From: a virus
Reading direction: 5' to 3' (one strand)
Length of the DNA: 40,338 bases
Virus genome (UHGV): UHGV-0319604
Of this stretch, positions 8,179 to 16,004 are shown one piece after another; position 1 is the first letter of the stretch; every line of letters begins with the position of its first letter. Below the pieces are notes generated by a model. That model was given only the letters and a program-made list of their open reading frames with translations. It made no database searches and had not been told where the DNA came from. Position numbers and translations under genes: made by a program.

Positions 8179-8605
8179 TGCGCTGGTGGCGCGCTGTAAA
8201 GCAGGTAATTCCTGGCCGCCGGATCTGGCTGAATTCGTGACGCTGGTGGCGGACATCAGCGGTAACGCTCTTGGGCTAAGAACGGCAGACGTGATGGCGG
8301 AATACAAGCGCTGGCGCAACGAGTCTTACCGCTATGACAGCTCAGAGGTATTTCCGTGGCGTCATCCGGTTTTGTATCAGATTTGCACCGAAATGCGACG
8401 CTCCGGTGTTGAGCGTCAAATGACCCAGACCGAACTGGAAGCACTCGCCGCCTCGCAGCTGGCGAAGTGGGAAAAACATTTGGCGGACGGGCATCCGATC
8501 CCTCCGGTGAGAAAACAAATTGCCGCGCCACGCCATGCTCCAGGACCGACCCCCGCGCAATTGCTTAAAGCGCAGGCCGAAGCAGCAAAATTAAACCGTA
8601 TGTGA
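7955..8605 (+). CDS. Replication protein P-like (helicase loader)
   Basis: Start ATG 7955 with SD GAGG; motifs WPPDLAEFVTLV, FPWRHPVLYQICTEMRR and ELEALAASQLAKWEKHLADGHPIPP align by eye with lambda P (PSPGQFVAWCRE, YPWKSNAHYWLVTNLYQNMR, ELRRKAADELVHMTARINRGEAIPEP) as recalled. Confidence 0.55.
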   Translation: MQDWTQTPQQTLLYNERAQHVQNNYELEEKAWKFWELMLEIYSTRWETKNGSAPSDLWIAQIGSLTSAQTTSVCNALVARCKAGNSWPPDLAEFVTLVADISGNALGLRTADVMAEYKRWRNESYRYDSSEVFPWRHPVLYQICTEMRRSGVERQMTQTELEALAASQLAKWEKHLADGHPIPPVRKQIAAPRHAPGPTPAQLLKAQAEAAKLNRM

Positions 8606-8612
8606 ACAGGAG

Positions 8613-9302
8613 ATGATTATGGAAACCGTACTGGATGCACTGAAAGCCATGAAAAAAGCGACATATCGCGAGGTTGCCGCCCGTCTTGATATCGAACCAG
8701 TAGAAGCGCTGAACATGCTGCGCGAGCACAAACAGCAGGGTTTGTGTGATTTCTTCGATGGGGCATGGTCAGTCGGTACCGCGAAAGAGCAGGCCAGGGA
8801 ACTGGCAAAAGCGCCAGCTGTGGCGCCAGTGCATCAGTCACCGCGTCTGAAAGGTGAGGAACCAGCACCGGTTGATGCTGAGGCCGTCCGCCAGATGCTC
8901 GGCAAGAACGGAGCTATGACCACCGCGGCACTGGCCGCAGCTGTAAACCGTAATGCCCGCGGCATGGTCTCAGTGATGCTGGCGTTTGAGCGCCAGGGTG
9001 TTGTTATCAAAAACGGCCTGGGGAAGGGCGTTACATGGTCTCTCCCTGTAACTGGCCAGACTGAATCAGACAGCACTGAAGCGGTACAACCTGAGCCAGG
9101 CAGTAAATCCCTGAATGAAATTATTGGGGATATTCCTGCGTTCACCGCCCGCCCTGATGACCTGATTATTCCGTCATCGCGCTTTATTTCGAACGAAATC
9201 CGCCGCACAAAAGCGAAGCTGTCAAACCTGCAGCGTCTTCAGGGTGCCGTTCGGGAGCTGCGTCGCCATAAACATCTGCTGGCAGGTATCAGCGATGAGT
9301 GA
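8613..9302 (+). CDS. Hypothetical protein (229 aa) with two winged-helix-like segments
   Basis: ORF with SD AGGAG; two internally similar helical segments (ATYREVAARLDIEPVEALNMLREHKQQGL and AMTTAALAAAVNRNARGMVSVMLAFERQGVVIKNG). Confidence 0.45.
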   Translation: MIMETVLDALKAMKKATYREVAARLDIEPVEALNMLREHKQQGLCDFFDGAWSVGTAKEQARELAKAPAVAPVHQSPRLKGEEPAPVDAEAVRQMLGKNGAMTTAALAAAVNRNARGMVSVMLAFERQGVVIKNGLGKGVTWSLPVTGQTESDSTEAVQPEPGSKSLNEIIGDIPAFTARPDDLIIPSSRFISNEIRRTKAKLSNLQRLQGAVRELRRHKHLLAGISDE

Positions 9303-9525
9303 TTTACCAAAATGCCCTGACTGCGGCCAGTCACCATCGATAAAGGTCCGTAGCCGGGGGATGAACTGGGGTTCTGCAGAAATTCGTTGTTCAAACGGAT
9401 GCTCTGCCTGGCGGGTGGGATTTTCGTTCCCATCCGGCGGTGAGACGGCAGCCCGTAAAGAACTTGAAGATAAATGGCAAAAGCTGGTGGGAGGGCTTAA
9501 CGATGCCAAGACCAAAAACGCATGA
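9295..9525 (+). CDS. Small zinc-ribbon protein (CxxC ... CxxxC)
   Basis: Start ATG 9295 overlapping upstream stop; PKCPDCGQ ... CSNGCSAW cysteine pairs. Confidence 0.4.
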   Translation: MSDLPKCPDCGQSPSIKVRSRGMNWGSAEIRCSNGCSAWRVGFSFPSGGETAARKELEDKWQKLVGGLNDAKTKNA

Positions 9526-9970
9526 CGAGCGCACCAGGATTATCAATCGGATTATCGATCTGGTGAAAGAACATGGGCGCATCACTACGAAAGATGTCGT
9601 TGCGATGTTCGATCTGCATCGCACAACCGCTGAGAAATATCTCCGCACCGCGATAGAGCAGGGAGGCCTTGTTCGCCACGGTCGCTGCGGTACGTTCGGC
9701 GATGTTGGTCCTGTTGGCCCACTAAAGCATCTGTCGAAAGAAGCTCTTGAAGCAGCAGCCGAACCTAATGATCTCAGTGAGTGGGCCGATATGCAGTTCT
9801 TGTTATGGGATGCCCAGCGCCGCGCTGGTATCAGCGATGGTGAAATCACTGCAGCGATGGAAGAAAAGCTAAAGGTGAATATGGCGCGACAGTGGCCTGA
9901 ACCGAAGGACGGAGAACCACGTCTGCATATCAAGACAGCCCCGTTGCAGGAGGTGAAACAGTGTACCTGA
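9503..9970 (+). CDS. Hypothetical protein with N-terminal winged-helix-like domain
   Basis: Start ATG 9503 after GGGAGGG; TRIINRIIDLVKEHGRITTKDVVAMFDLHRTTAEKYLRTAIEQGGLV. Confidence 0.4.
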   Translation: MPRPKTHDERTRIINRIIDLVKEHGRITTKDVVAMFDLHRTTAEKYLRTAIEQGGLVRHGRCGTFGDVGPVGPLKHLSKEALEAAAEPNDLSEWADMQFLLWDAQRRAGISDGEITAAMEEKLKVNMARQWPEPKDGEPRLHIKTAPLQEVKQCT

Positions 9971-10050
9971 TGGAGCTGTTATCAGGCGCAGTCTGGCTGG
10001 TAGTTTTAATCGTGCTGGTGGTGCTGGCTCTGAGAAGAATTGATTACTGA
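9970..10050 (+). CDS. Candidate small hydrophobic peptide (26 aa, MELLSGAVWLVVLIVLVVLALRRIDY)
   Basis: ATG overlaps upstream stop (TGATG); single predicted TM helix then RR; followed 12 nt later by a strong terminator. Below the 60-aa track cutoff. Confidence 0.3.
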   Translation: MELLSGAVWLVVLIVLVVLALRRIDY

Positions 10051-10061
10051 TTAAGCACTTA

Positions 10062-10081
10062 CCCGCTTCGGCGGGTTTTTT
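10062..10081 (+). terminator. Rho-independent terminator ending the early-right operon
   Basis: cccgc-ttcg-gcggg hairpin followed by tttttt. Confidence 0.6.
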
Positions 10082-10146
10082 GCCCTAGGCCAAAGCCCTT
10101 TAACATTTCGTGCTGTTAAACCGTTGATCAATTCCATGTGTGAGTG

Positions 10147-10166
10147 TACTGTATAAATATACAGTA
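10147..10166. promoter_or_regulatory. LexA box (SOS operator), perfect palindrome TACTGTATAAATATACAGTA
   Basis: Matches the CTGT-N8-ACAG LexA consensus on both half-sites; sits 20 nt upstream of the ATG at 10187 and overlaps a TATAAAT -10-like element. Confidence 0.8.
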
Positions 10167-10186
10167 ACATTGTGGAGGCGATCACC

Positions 10187-10510
10187 ATGGGTTTTCCATC
10201 ACCAGCAGCAGACTACGCAGAGCAAACCCTCTCAATTACCAGTATCTGCGGTTATGACAGCAACTGCCGCACCATCGAAACCTCTTCCGGTTACGCAATC
10301 ATCAACATTGCCAGAAAGGCGAAGATTGGCGACACGGTTCTCATTTCCTTTTGTGGAAAGCTGGACTTCGCCTCCGTTCAGGGGAAAGCACTCATCACGC
10401 CTGACGGAGAGGCGATTGAAGGTGATGCGCTGGACGATGCGACCGTTCTTGGAGTTGTTACATACCTTCTGAACAGCGTTACCGACACAGACGACAGGCC
10501 AGTGATATAG
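10187..10510 (+). CDS. UmuD'-like S24-fold protein lacking the catalytic Ser/Lys dyad (pseudo-peptidase), LexA-regulated
   Basis: SD GGAGG 7 nt upstream; begins MGFPSPAADYAEQ, matching the UmuD segment immediately after its cleavage site (CGFPSPAADYVEQ); C-terminal GDTVLISFCGKLDFA...ATVLGVVTYLL aligns with UmuD GDIVIAAVDGEFTVK...LDVFGVVIHVV, but the GDSM Ser position reads GYAI and the Lys position is Ala/Ser. UmuD sequence is from memory. Confidence 0.6.
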   Translation: MGFPSPAADYAEQTLSITSICGYDSNCRTIETSSGYAIINIARKAKIGDTVLISFCGKLDFASVQGKALITPDGEAIEGDALDDATVLGVVTYLLNSVTDTDDRPVI

Positions 10511-10556
10511 CAGAGCGTGCATGATTCCTGTGCATAAAGAGCCGATCGGTTACACA

Positions 10557-10578
10557 GATCAATTACGGTTAATTGATC
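10557..10578. repeat. Perfect inverted repeat GATCAATT-acggtt-AATTGATC (two GATC sites)
   Basis: Seen directly; 8-bp arms, 6-nt spacer, in the noncoding gap downstream of the UmuD'-like gene. Confidence 0.5.
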
Positions 10579-10695
10579 TATCTAACCTATTAGACGTTCA
10601 TGGCGATGGCTGCTTTAGTTACGTTCAGCGCGCAGGGAGAAAAGGGCCGCCCCCCGATTAGTCGGGGATGACTGAATTGAATAGGATTTTTCGTT

Positions 10696-10863
10696 ATGAA
10701 TGAGCAAGAATTAATCGCTGCCGTTCGCCCTGCTGGACGTTATGAGGTAGTGAGCCGGGAGGATGGCTCCTTTGTTGTAATCCCTGTACCTGCCGAAGCA
10801 ATACTCATCACCAGGGAAGCACTCAGACAATGCCTTGAGCGCTTCCGCAACCCTGACAACTGA
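10696..10863 (+). CDS. Possible small ORF (55 aa), no clear RBS
   Basis: ATG..TGA ORF MNEQELIAAVRPAGRYEVVSREDGSFVVIPVPAEAILITREALRQCLERFRNPDN; coding status uncertain. Confidence 0.25.
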   Translation: MNEQELIAAVRPAGRYEVVSREDGSFVVIPVPAEAILITREALRQCLERFRNPDN

Positions 10864-11002
10864 TTTATAATAATCAAGCTGGCCTGAACAACCAGCGCCT
10901 GTCGCACCATCACCGGAGAAAAGTGATGGCGCAAAGAACTACCCAGAATTATTCACACCGCCCATTCGCGCGCGGTGTTTCTGCTTATGCTGGTGATCCA
11001 GC

Positions 11003-11299
11003 ATGAAGAAAGCAGATAGCCTCCATCTTTCACGTGTGGCCGCGCTGGGCTGCATCGTGTGCAGAAACCAGAACTTGGGCGAGACGCCTGCGGAAATTCA
11101 CCATATCCGAACCGGTCAGGGCACCAGTCAACGTGCTGACCATCGGAAATCAATTCCCCTGTGCCATATGCACCACCGCAACGGCGGTTACGGTGTCGCG
11201 ATTCATGCTGGCCGCCGCGCCTGGGAAATGAAGTACGGCACTGAAGCTGAACTGCTGGTGCAGGTTCTCTATTTGCTGGGAGAGCCTGCCGATGAGTAA
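11003..11299 (+). CDS. Small HNH-motif zinc-binding protein (Ref/DUF1364-like)
   Basis: CIVCRNQ ... EIHHIR ... CHMHH pattern (CxxC, HH, CHxHH) typical of small phage HNH-like proteins. Confidence 0.45.
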   Translation: MKKADSLHLSRVAALGCIVCRNQNLGETPAEIHHIRTGQGTSQRADHRKSIPLCHMHHRNGGYGVAIHAGRRAWEMKYGTEAELLVQVLYLLGEPADE

Positions 11300-12953
11300 G
11301 CCAGTCAGTTACGGCTCAGTGTGCAGCGGCATCGAGGCCGCCAGCGTGGCATGGCATTGTTTGGGCTGGCAGCCAGCATGGTTCGCTGAGATAGAAAAAT
11401 TCCCCTCTGCTGTTCTGGCGTACCGCTGGCCGGACGTAAGCAATCTGGGTGATATGACGCAAATCCCCGCGGCAATCCGTGCCGGAAAAATCGAAGCGCC
11501 TGATGTGCTGGTGGGGGGCACCCCTTGCCAGGCGTTCAGCGTTGCGGGTTTACGTAATGGGCTGGCTGACGAACGCGGCCAGTTAACTTTGGCTTTTGTG
11601 GAGCTGGTTAATGCTATCGATGAACTACGCAGAGAACAGGGAAAAACTCCCGTCATCGTCGTCTGGGAAAACGTCCCCGGCGTATTCAGCAGCAAAGATA
11701 ACGCTTTCGGATGTTTTCTTGCAGGGCTTGCCGGCGAAAGCTGCGCGCTGGAATCACCAGGGAAGCGATGGTCAAACGCTGGTTATGTGCTGGGACCAGA
11801 AAGAGCTATTGCCTGGCGAGTGCTCGACGCTCAATTTTTCGGAGTGGCCCAACGACGCAGACGTGTGTTTGTTGTCGCAACAGCTCGAGGGGATATCGAT
11901 CCCGCAAAAATTCTTTTTGAGTCCGAAGGCCTGCGCCGGAATTCTCCGCCGCGCAGAAGTTCGCGGGAAGAAGTTGCCGGAACTTTTAAGGCTCGCGCTA
12001 ATTCAGGTGGCTGGGGACAAGATGTAGAACTTGCCGCAGGTGGCTATATGCAAGTTGTTGTTGGTAGTCACTGGGATAATCCATTGAACCCACACCCAAC
12101 ACTAAATCAGTCATTCAACACTGGTGGTATCGGTGCGAGTAACCAGGAATTATTCAGTCAGCGCGGAAGCGGGATTGTCGGAACGTATGTAAACACTAGC
12201 CGCACACTTTTGGGAAAACCTAACTGCAGCATGGCTGAAGACTTGGAAACTTTTGCCATACATGGAACCCAGGATCCGGATACTCTTCACGATATGGCAC
12301 ATGCCCTGGGGCGCAATCACGGGCAGAAAAACGCGGTTATTGCATTCAGTTCGAAAGATAGCGGCCATGATGCAGCCAGCGACATATCACCAACGCTTCG
12401 CGCAGGGAATAGCAGCAACAGCAATCAGAACGCTGGCGCACCGCCAGCAATAGCTTACGGCATTCCAGGAAACTGGATAGGCCGCGCTCCGCAAAACGGA
12501 GGAAATGCAGTAGAGCCTATGCATGATGTGTCTCCATGTCTGACCGTTGCGGATTGTCACGGCGTTGCATATGCCTTTAAGGCGGGGCAGGGTGCAAAAG
12601 CTAACGGCATAGGATACGCAGCCGAACAAGCCCCAACACTGACAAGCGCAAATAGCGGGAGCAATCAGGCTCCTGCAATCATGCAAAACATGGCCGTTCG
12701 CCGTCTGACTCCTGTCGAGTGCGAACGTCTGCAGGGCTTCCCAGATAACCACACCCTGATCCCCACACAAAAACGTAAGCAGCTCACCGCTGAAGAATAC
12801 GCCTACCTGCGCCACCACCGGCCAGAACTGACTGCAGAACAGGCTTACCGCCTGGCCGCTGATGGACCGCGCTATAAAGCGATCGGAAACTCAATGGCCG
12901 TACCGGTTATGCGGTGGATTGGTTCCCGCATACAGGAGGCGCTGCGTGCATAA
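11292..12953 (+). CDS. DNA (cytosine-5)-methyltransferase, orphan (no adjacent restriction gene), with long low-complexity target-recognition region
   Basis: C5-MTase motifs: GSVCSGIEAAS (motif I-like), GGTPCQAFSVAG (PCQ motif IV), ENV (motif VI), RRRVFVVA (motif VIII), RLTPVECERLQGFPDNH and AIGNSMAVPV (motifs IX/X). Confidence 0.85.
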   Translation: MSKPVSYGSVCSGIEAASVAWHCLGWQPAWFAEIEKFPSAVLAYRWPDVSNLGDMTQIPAAIRAGKIEAPDVLVGGTPCQAFSVAGLRNGLADERGQLTLAFVELVNAIDELRREQGKTPVIVVWENVPGVFSSKDNAFGCFLAGLAGESCALESPGKRWSNAGYVLGPERAIAWRVLDAQFFGVAQRRRRVFVVATARGDIDPAKILFESEGLRRNSPPRRSSREEVAGTFKARANSGGWGQDVELAAGGYMQVVVGSHWDNPLNPHPTLNQSFNTGGIGASNQELFSQRGSGIVGTYVNTSRTLLGKPNCSMAEDLETFAIHGTQDPDTLHDMAHALGRNHGQKNAVIAFSSKDSGHDAASDISPTLRAGNSSNSNQNAGAPPAIAYGIPGNWIGRAPQNGGNAVEPMHDVSPCLTVADCHGVAYAFKAGQGAKANGIGYAAEQAPTLTSANSGSNQAPAIMQNMAVRRLTPVECERLQGFPDNHTLIPTQKRKQLTAEEYAYLRHHRPELTAEQAYRLAADGPRYKAIGNSMAVPVMRWIGSRIQEALRA

Positions 12954-13302
12954 ATACATCATTACCCCAGTCGGAAAACCCCGCATGACCCGGGCTGATA
13001 AGTGGAAACAGCGCCCGCCGGTGATGCGCTATCGCATGTTCTGCGATGAAGCTAGGCTGCATGGAATCCAGGTGCCGGAGAGCGGCGCCCATATCACTTT
13101 CGTTTTGCCGATGCCGCAGAGCTGGAGCAAGAAAAAACGCGCAGCTATGGACGGCCAGCCACACCAGCAAAAGCCTGATCTGGACAACTTAACAAAATCG
13201 CTACTGGATGCCTTGTTTGAGGATGATTCCCACATTTGGGACGCCCGGACATCAAAAGTATGGGGCGAAACCGGAATGATAATTATCGAGGACATGAAAT
13301 GA
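12946..13302 (+). CDS. RusA-like Holliday junction resolvase
   Basis: GTG start after SD AGGAGG (12934-12939), overlapping the MTase stop; motifs PVGKPRMTRADKW and KPDLDNLTKSLLDALFEDDSHIWD resemble the RusA DLDN region. Confidence 0.55.
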   Translation: MHKYIITPVGKPRMTRADKWKQRPPVMRYRMFCDEARLHGIQVPESGAHITFVLPMPQSWSKKKRAAMDGQPHQQKPDLDNLTKSLLDALFEDDSHIWDARTSKVWGETGMIIIEDMK

Positions 13303-13904
13303 CACCACGCCAGAGACGCCAGTATTTTGAAGGGCTGGGAAAAACAGCAATGGCACCACGTAAGAGCTGGCTGGGGAAAAGTATTCTCCTGAATGATGTC
13401 CAGTCCGGTTGGATTAAATCTCTACTTACCGTGTGGGGCGAATGTGTTCGCGGCGGAACTGCCCCGGCGAAACCGTGTGGGCATTCGTGCTGGCAAGTGA
13501 TCAGGGGGAAGAACTGGTCAGATAAAGCGCTTGAACGTTTTACTGCAGCACTGAACCAGGCAAGGGAGGAGGGTTACCGCGGCGAACAGGCAATGCGGCG
13601 GGCACGCTCGATACTCTGGCCTGAACCATCGGCCAGCGTGATTGACGAGGCTATGAGTAATGATGATGCTGAGTTCATGGAGGACGTGGTGCTGCAGGCG
13701 TTTGATTTGAAGGATCCGGTTTATATCGTCGGGCGCCAGTATTACACCACCCGAAAAAAAATATCGGACATCACCAGAGATCTGCAGAGTATGGCGCCAT
13801 GGCTTACGGATAACGAGGCCAGAAAGCGGGTGCGCTGGTGCCTGGAGATATTCAGGGCAAAGGTTTTTCTGTCGGCGCGGAATGCCCTTAAAGAAAATTC
13901 ATGA
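13299..13904 (+). CDS. Putative late-gene antiterminator (Q-like)
   Basis: Position after RusA (ATGA overlap) and immediately before a promoter + short leader + terminator and the lysis cassette; Cys/His-containing ~200-aa protein. Assignment is mainly by synteny. Confidence 0.45.
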   Translation: MTPRQRRQYFEGLGKTAMAPRKSWLGKSILLNDVQSGWIKSLLTVWGECVRGGTAPAKPCGHSCWQVIRGKNWSDKALERFTAALNQAREEGYRGEQAMRRARSILWPEPSASVIDEAMSNDDAEFMEDVVLQAFDLKDPVYIVGRQYYTTRKKISDITRDLQSMAPWLTDNEARKRVRWCLEIFRAKVFLSARNALKENS

Positions 13905-13946
13905 AAATCATCTTTTAACAAAAAGTGCTATTTGTGCGATGAAACA

Positions 13947-13974
13947 TTGAAAACGGGCCAGAAAATCAGATAAT
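13947..13974 (+). promoter_or_regulatory. Candidate late promoter (PR'-like)
   Basis: TTGAAA (13947-13952), 16-nt spacer, GATAAT (13969-13974), in the 340-bp gap downstream of the Q-like gene. Confidence 0.4.
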
Positions 13975-14043
13975 CCATTCATGCTTGGCAGAGCTGCGCC
14001 ACGATGGCGGCGATGTAAAGCGACAATTTGAAAAAACTCTAAA

Positions 14044-14064
14044 CCCCGCCAGCCGGGGTTTTTT
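14044..14064 (+). terminator. Rho-independent terminator ~70 nt downstream of the late promoter (tR'-like; candidate Q antitermination target)
   Basis: ccccg-ccagc-cgggg hairpin followed by tttttt. Confidence 0.55.
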
Positions 14065-14170
14065 GTTATCCGGCGATACGACAGGGGTATTCGCGAAGGT
14101 GCATTGCACCAGTACCCCTGTCATATCGCCGATCTCACCTGAATTATTCAATCCAAACATCTTCTTTGAG

Positions 14171-14193
14171 GGCTGCCATCCGGCGGCCTTTTT
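14171..14193 (+). terminator. Second weaker hairpin + T-tract in the late leader
   Basis: ggctgcc ... ggcggcc imperfect stem (one G-U pair) followed by ttttt. Confidence 0.3.
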
Positions 14194-14243
14194 ATTTCCC
14201 CTCAATTTTTCTGAGAGGATCCACAGCAATAAGAGGGGGCTAA

Positions 14244-14648
14244 ATGTCCGCAGAACCAATAACTGCAACGGTAACGGCGGGCGTGGCTGCTGGTACTACC
14301 GGAGTCACATTCGCCACGCTTTTCCCAGAGGCTACGCCTGCGGTGATGGTCTGCTCCCTCGCTGGGGCGGCGCTCTATATCCTCAGCTCTGAGGATCACA
14401 AAATCTGGAAACAGATACTCTTTGCGCTCATTTCCTTTATCGGTGGCATTTACTGTGCCAGTACTGCTTCAGAAATTATCGCCGCCATTATCAACGCCGG
14501 ACTGAATCAGCTTAGCCCGCCAGTCACTATCAAGGTATCGCCCGCGATTGGCGCACTGGCGGCTTCAACGGTTTCCGTGACAATTCTGCTGCGCATTCTT
14601 GCCCGCTCTAAAACAGGCAATCTGCCCGGCGTGAAGGGGGAAGAATGA
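14244..14648 (+). CDS. Putative holin (multi-TM membrane protein)
   Basis: 134-aa ORF with several hydrophobic helices, first gene after the late leader and upstream of the endolysin. Confidence 0.5.
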   Translation: MSAEPITATVTAGVAAGTTGVTFATLFPEATPAVMVCSLAGAALYILSSEDHKIWKQILFALISFIGGIYCASTASEIIAAIINAGLNQLSPPVTIKVSPAIGALAASTVSVTILLRILARSKTGNLPGVKGEE

Positions 14649-14941
14649 CGTGGCTGCTGCTGAACTTTCCATGGCTGTTGCTTCACCTTAATGCACTGGC
14701 CTGCATCATGATTTCGTTCCGGCTGATGTTTTTCCGTAAGCGCAGTATGCGGCGGCGCCGGGTAATGGAGATTCTGGCCTACGGGCTGATTCTGGCTCCT
14801 GCATACACGGCTTTCCGCATCTGGCACGGCGATTATGTGCAGGTCGATTACGGTGAAATCCTCATTAATGTTGTTGTCTGCGTCGCTGTCTGGCGTGCTG
14901 GCGGCAATATCGCTCGCATTACAGGAGAGAGCACAACGTGA
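14645..14941 (+). CDS. Small membrane protein of the lysis cassette (holin/antiholin-like)
   Basis: 98-aa hydrophobic ORF with an RRRR cluster, overlapping stops/starts with holin and endolysin genes. Confidence 0.4.
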   Translation: MTWLLLNFPWLLLHLNALACIMISFRLMFFRKRSMRRRRVMEILAYGLILAPAYTAFRIWHGDYVQVDYGEILINVVVCVAVWRAGGNIARITGESTT

Positions 14942-15567
14942 ACCAAACACAATTTCAAAAGGCGGCAGGTATCAGCGCCGGGCTGGCTTCGCGCTGGTTT
15001 CCGCAGATTGACAAAGTGATGGAGGAATACGGCATTACCGCTCCGCTTGACCAGGCAATGTTTATCGCACAGATGGGACATGAGTCCACGGGCTTTACCC
15101 GGCTGGTGGAAAACCTGAATTACGCGGCTGAAAACTTAGTGCCCACATTCGGCAGGCACCGCATCACTCCCCAGCAGGCCGCCGCGCTTGGCAGAACGGC
15201 AACACAACCGGCCAACCAGAAAGCGATCGCCAATCTTGTCTACGGGGGAGAGTGGGGCAAAGAGAAACTGGGGAATCAGGTCCCAGGTGACGGCTGGAAA
15301 TATCGTGGCCGTGGGCTGAAGCAAATCACCGGCTTGAGTAACTATCGCGCCTGCGGCCGGGCGCTCAAGCTGGATCTGGTGACACAGCCTGAGTTGCTGG
15401 AAATCGATGAAAACGCCGCTCGTTCAGCTGCGTGGTTCTACGTTTCCCGTGGTTGTCTTCTGCATTCCGGCGATGTTGAACGCGTGACGCTGCTTATTAA
15501 CGGCGGTAGTAATGGCCTGGATAAACGCCGCGCGCTGTTTAACCTGGCAAAATCGGTGCTGGTCTGA
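14938..15567 (+). CDS. Endolysin, glycoside hydrolase family 19 (chitinase-like lysozyme)
   Basis: 209-aa ORF with conserved segments FIAQMGHESTGF, GRGLKQITG, YRACG, typical of GH19 phage endolysins. Confidence 0.8.
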   Translation: MNQTQFQKAAGISAGLASRWFPQIDKVMEEYGITAPLDQAMFIAQMGHESTGFTRLVENLNYAAENLVPTFGRHRITPQQAAALGRTATQPANQKAIANLVYGGEWGKEKLGNQVPGDGWKYRGRGLKQITGLSNYRACGRALKLDLVTQPELLEIDENAARSAAWFYVSRGCLLHSGDVERVTLLINGGSNGLDKRRALFNLAKSVLV

Positions 15568-15574
15568 GGTGGCT

Positions 15575-15853
15575 ATGAGCATTATCGAAAAGTTTTTAGG
15601 CGGTATTGCTGCGCTGGTGGTCGTCGCGCTCAGCGGTTTTGCTGCTGGCAAAGTTCGCGGTCGCGGAAAAGCAGAAGCAAAAGCCAAACAGCAACGCACC
15701 GAAGAGAACGCCGCGGCAACGGTCGCAGCGGCAGAACGTAAAGCGGAAGTCACGAAAGAGGCCAGTAATGTACAGCAGAGTGTTAACCATATGTCTGGCG
15801 ACGATGTTGATCGCGAGCTGCGTGACACGTGGAAGCGTCCCGGTGGTGGTTGA
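15575..15853 (+). CDS. i-spanin (Rz-like)
   Basis: ATG after SD GAGGTGG; N-terminal TM helix (IIEKFLGGIAALVVVALSGFAAG) then charged helical region; follows the endolysin. Confidence 0.5.
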   Translation: MSIIEKFLGGIAALVVVALSGFAAGKVRGRGKAEAKAKQQRTEENAAATVAAAERKAEVTKEASNVQQSVNHMSGDDVDRELRDTWKRPGGG

Positions 15854-16004
15854 TACCGCCTGTGACTGGGTAAAGCCAATCTACCTGACCGATCACGATA
15901 TCGACGTTATGGACCGCCAGACGAAGAAAGACATCCTGGCGCATAACAAAGCGTGGCAGGCGAACTGCCAACAACCAAACGTCATAACCCTCCCCAAAAG
16001 ATAG
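15768..16004 (+). CDS. o-spanin (Rz1-like lipoprotein), +1 frame, overlapping the 3' part of the i-spanin gene
   Basis: Signal peptide with lipobox LIASC (MYSRVLTICLATMLIASCVT...), short Pro-containing mature protein; starts inside and extends beyond Rz. Confidence 0.55.
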   Translation: MYSRVLTICLATMLIASCVTRGSVPVVVDTACDWVKPIYLTDHDIDVMDRQTKKDILAHNKAWQANCQQPNVITLPKR

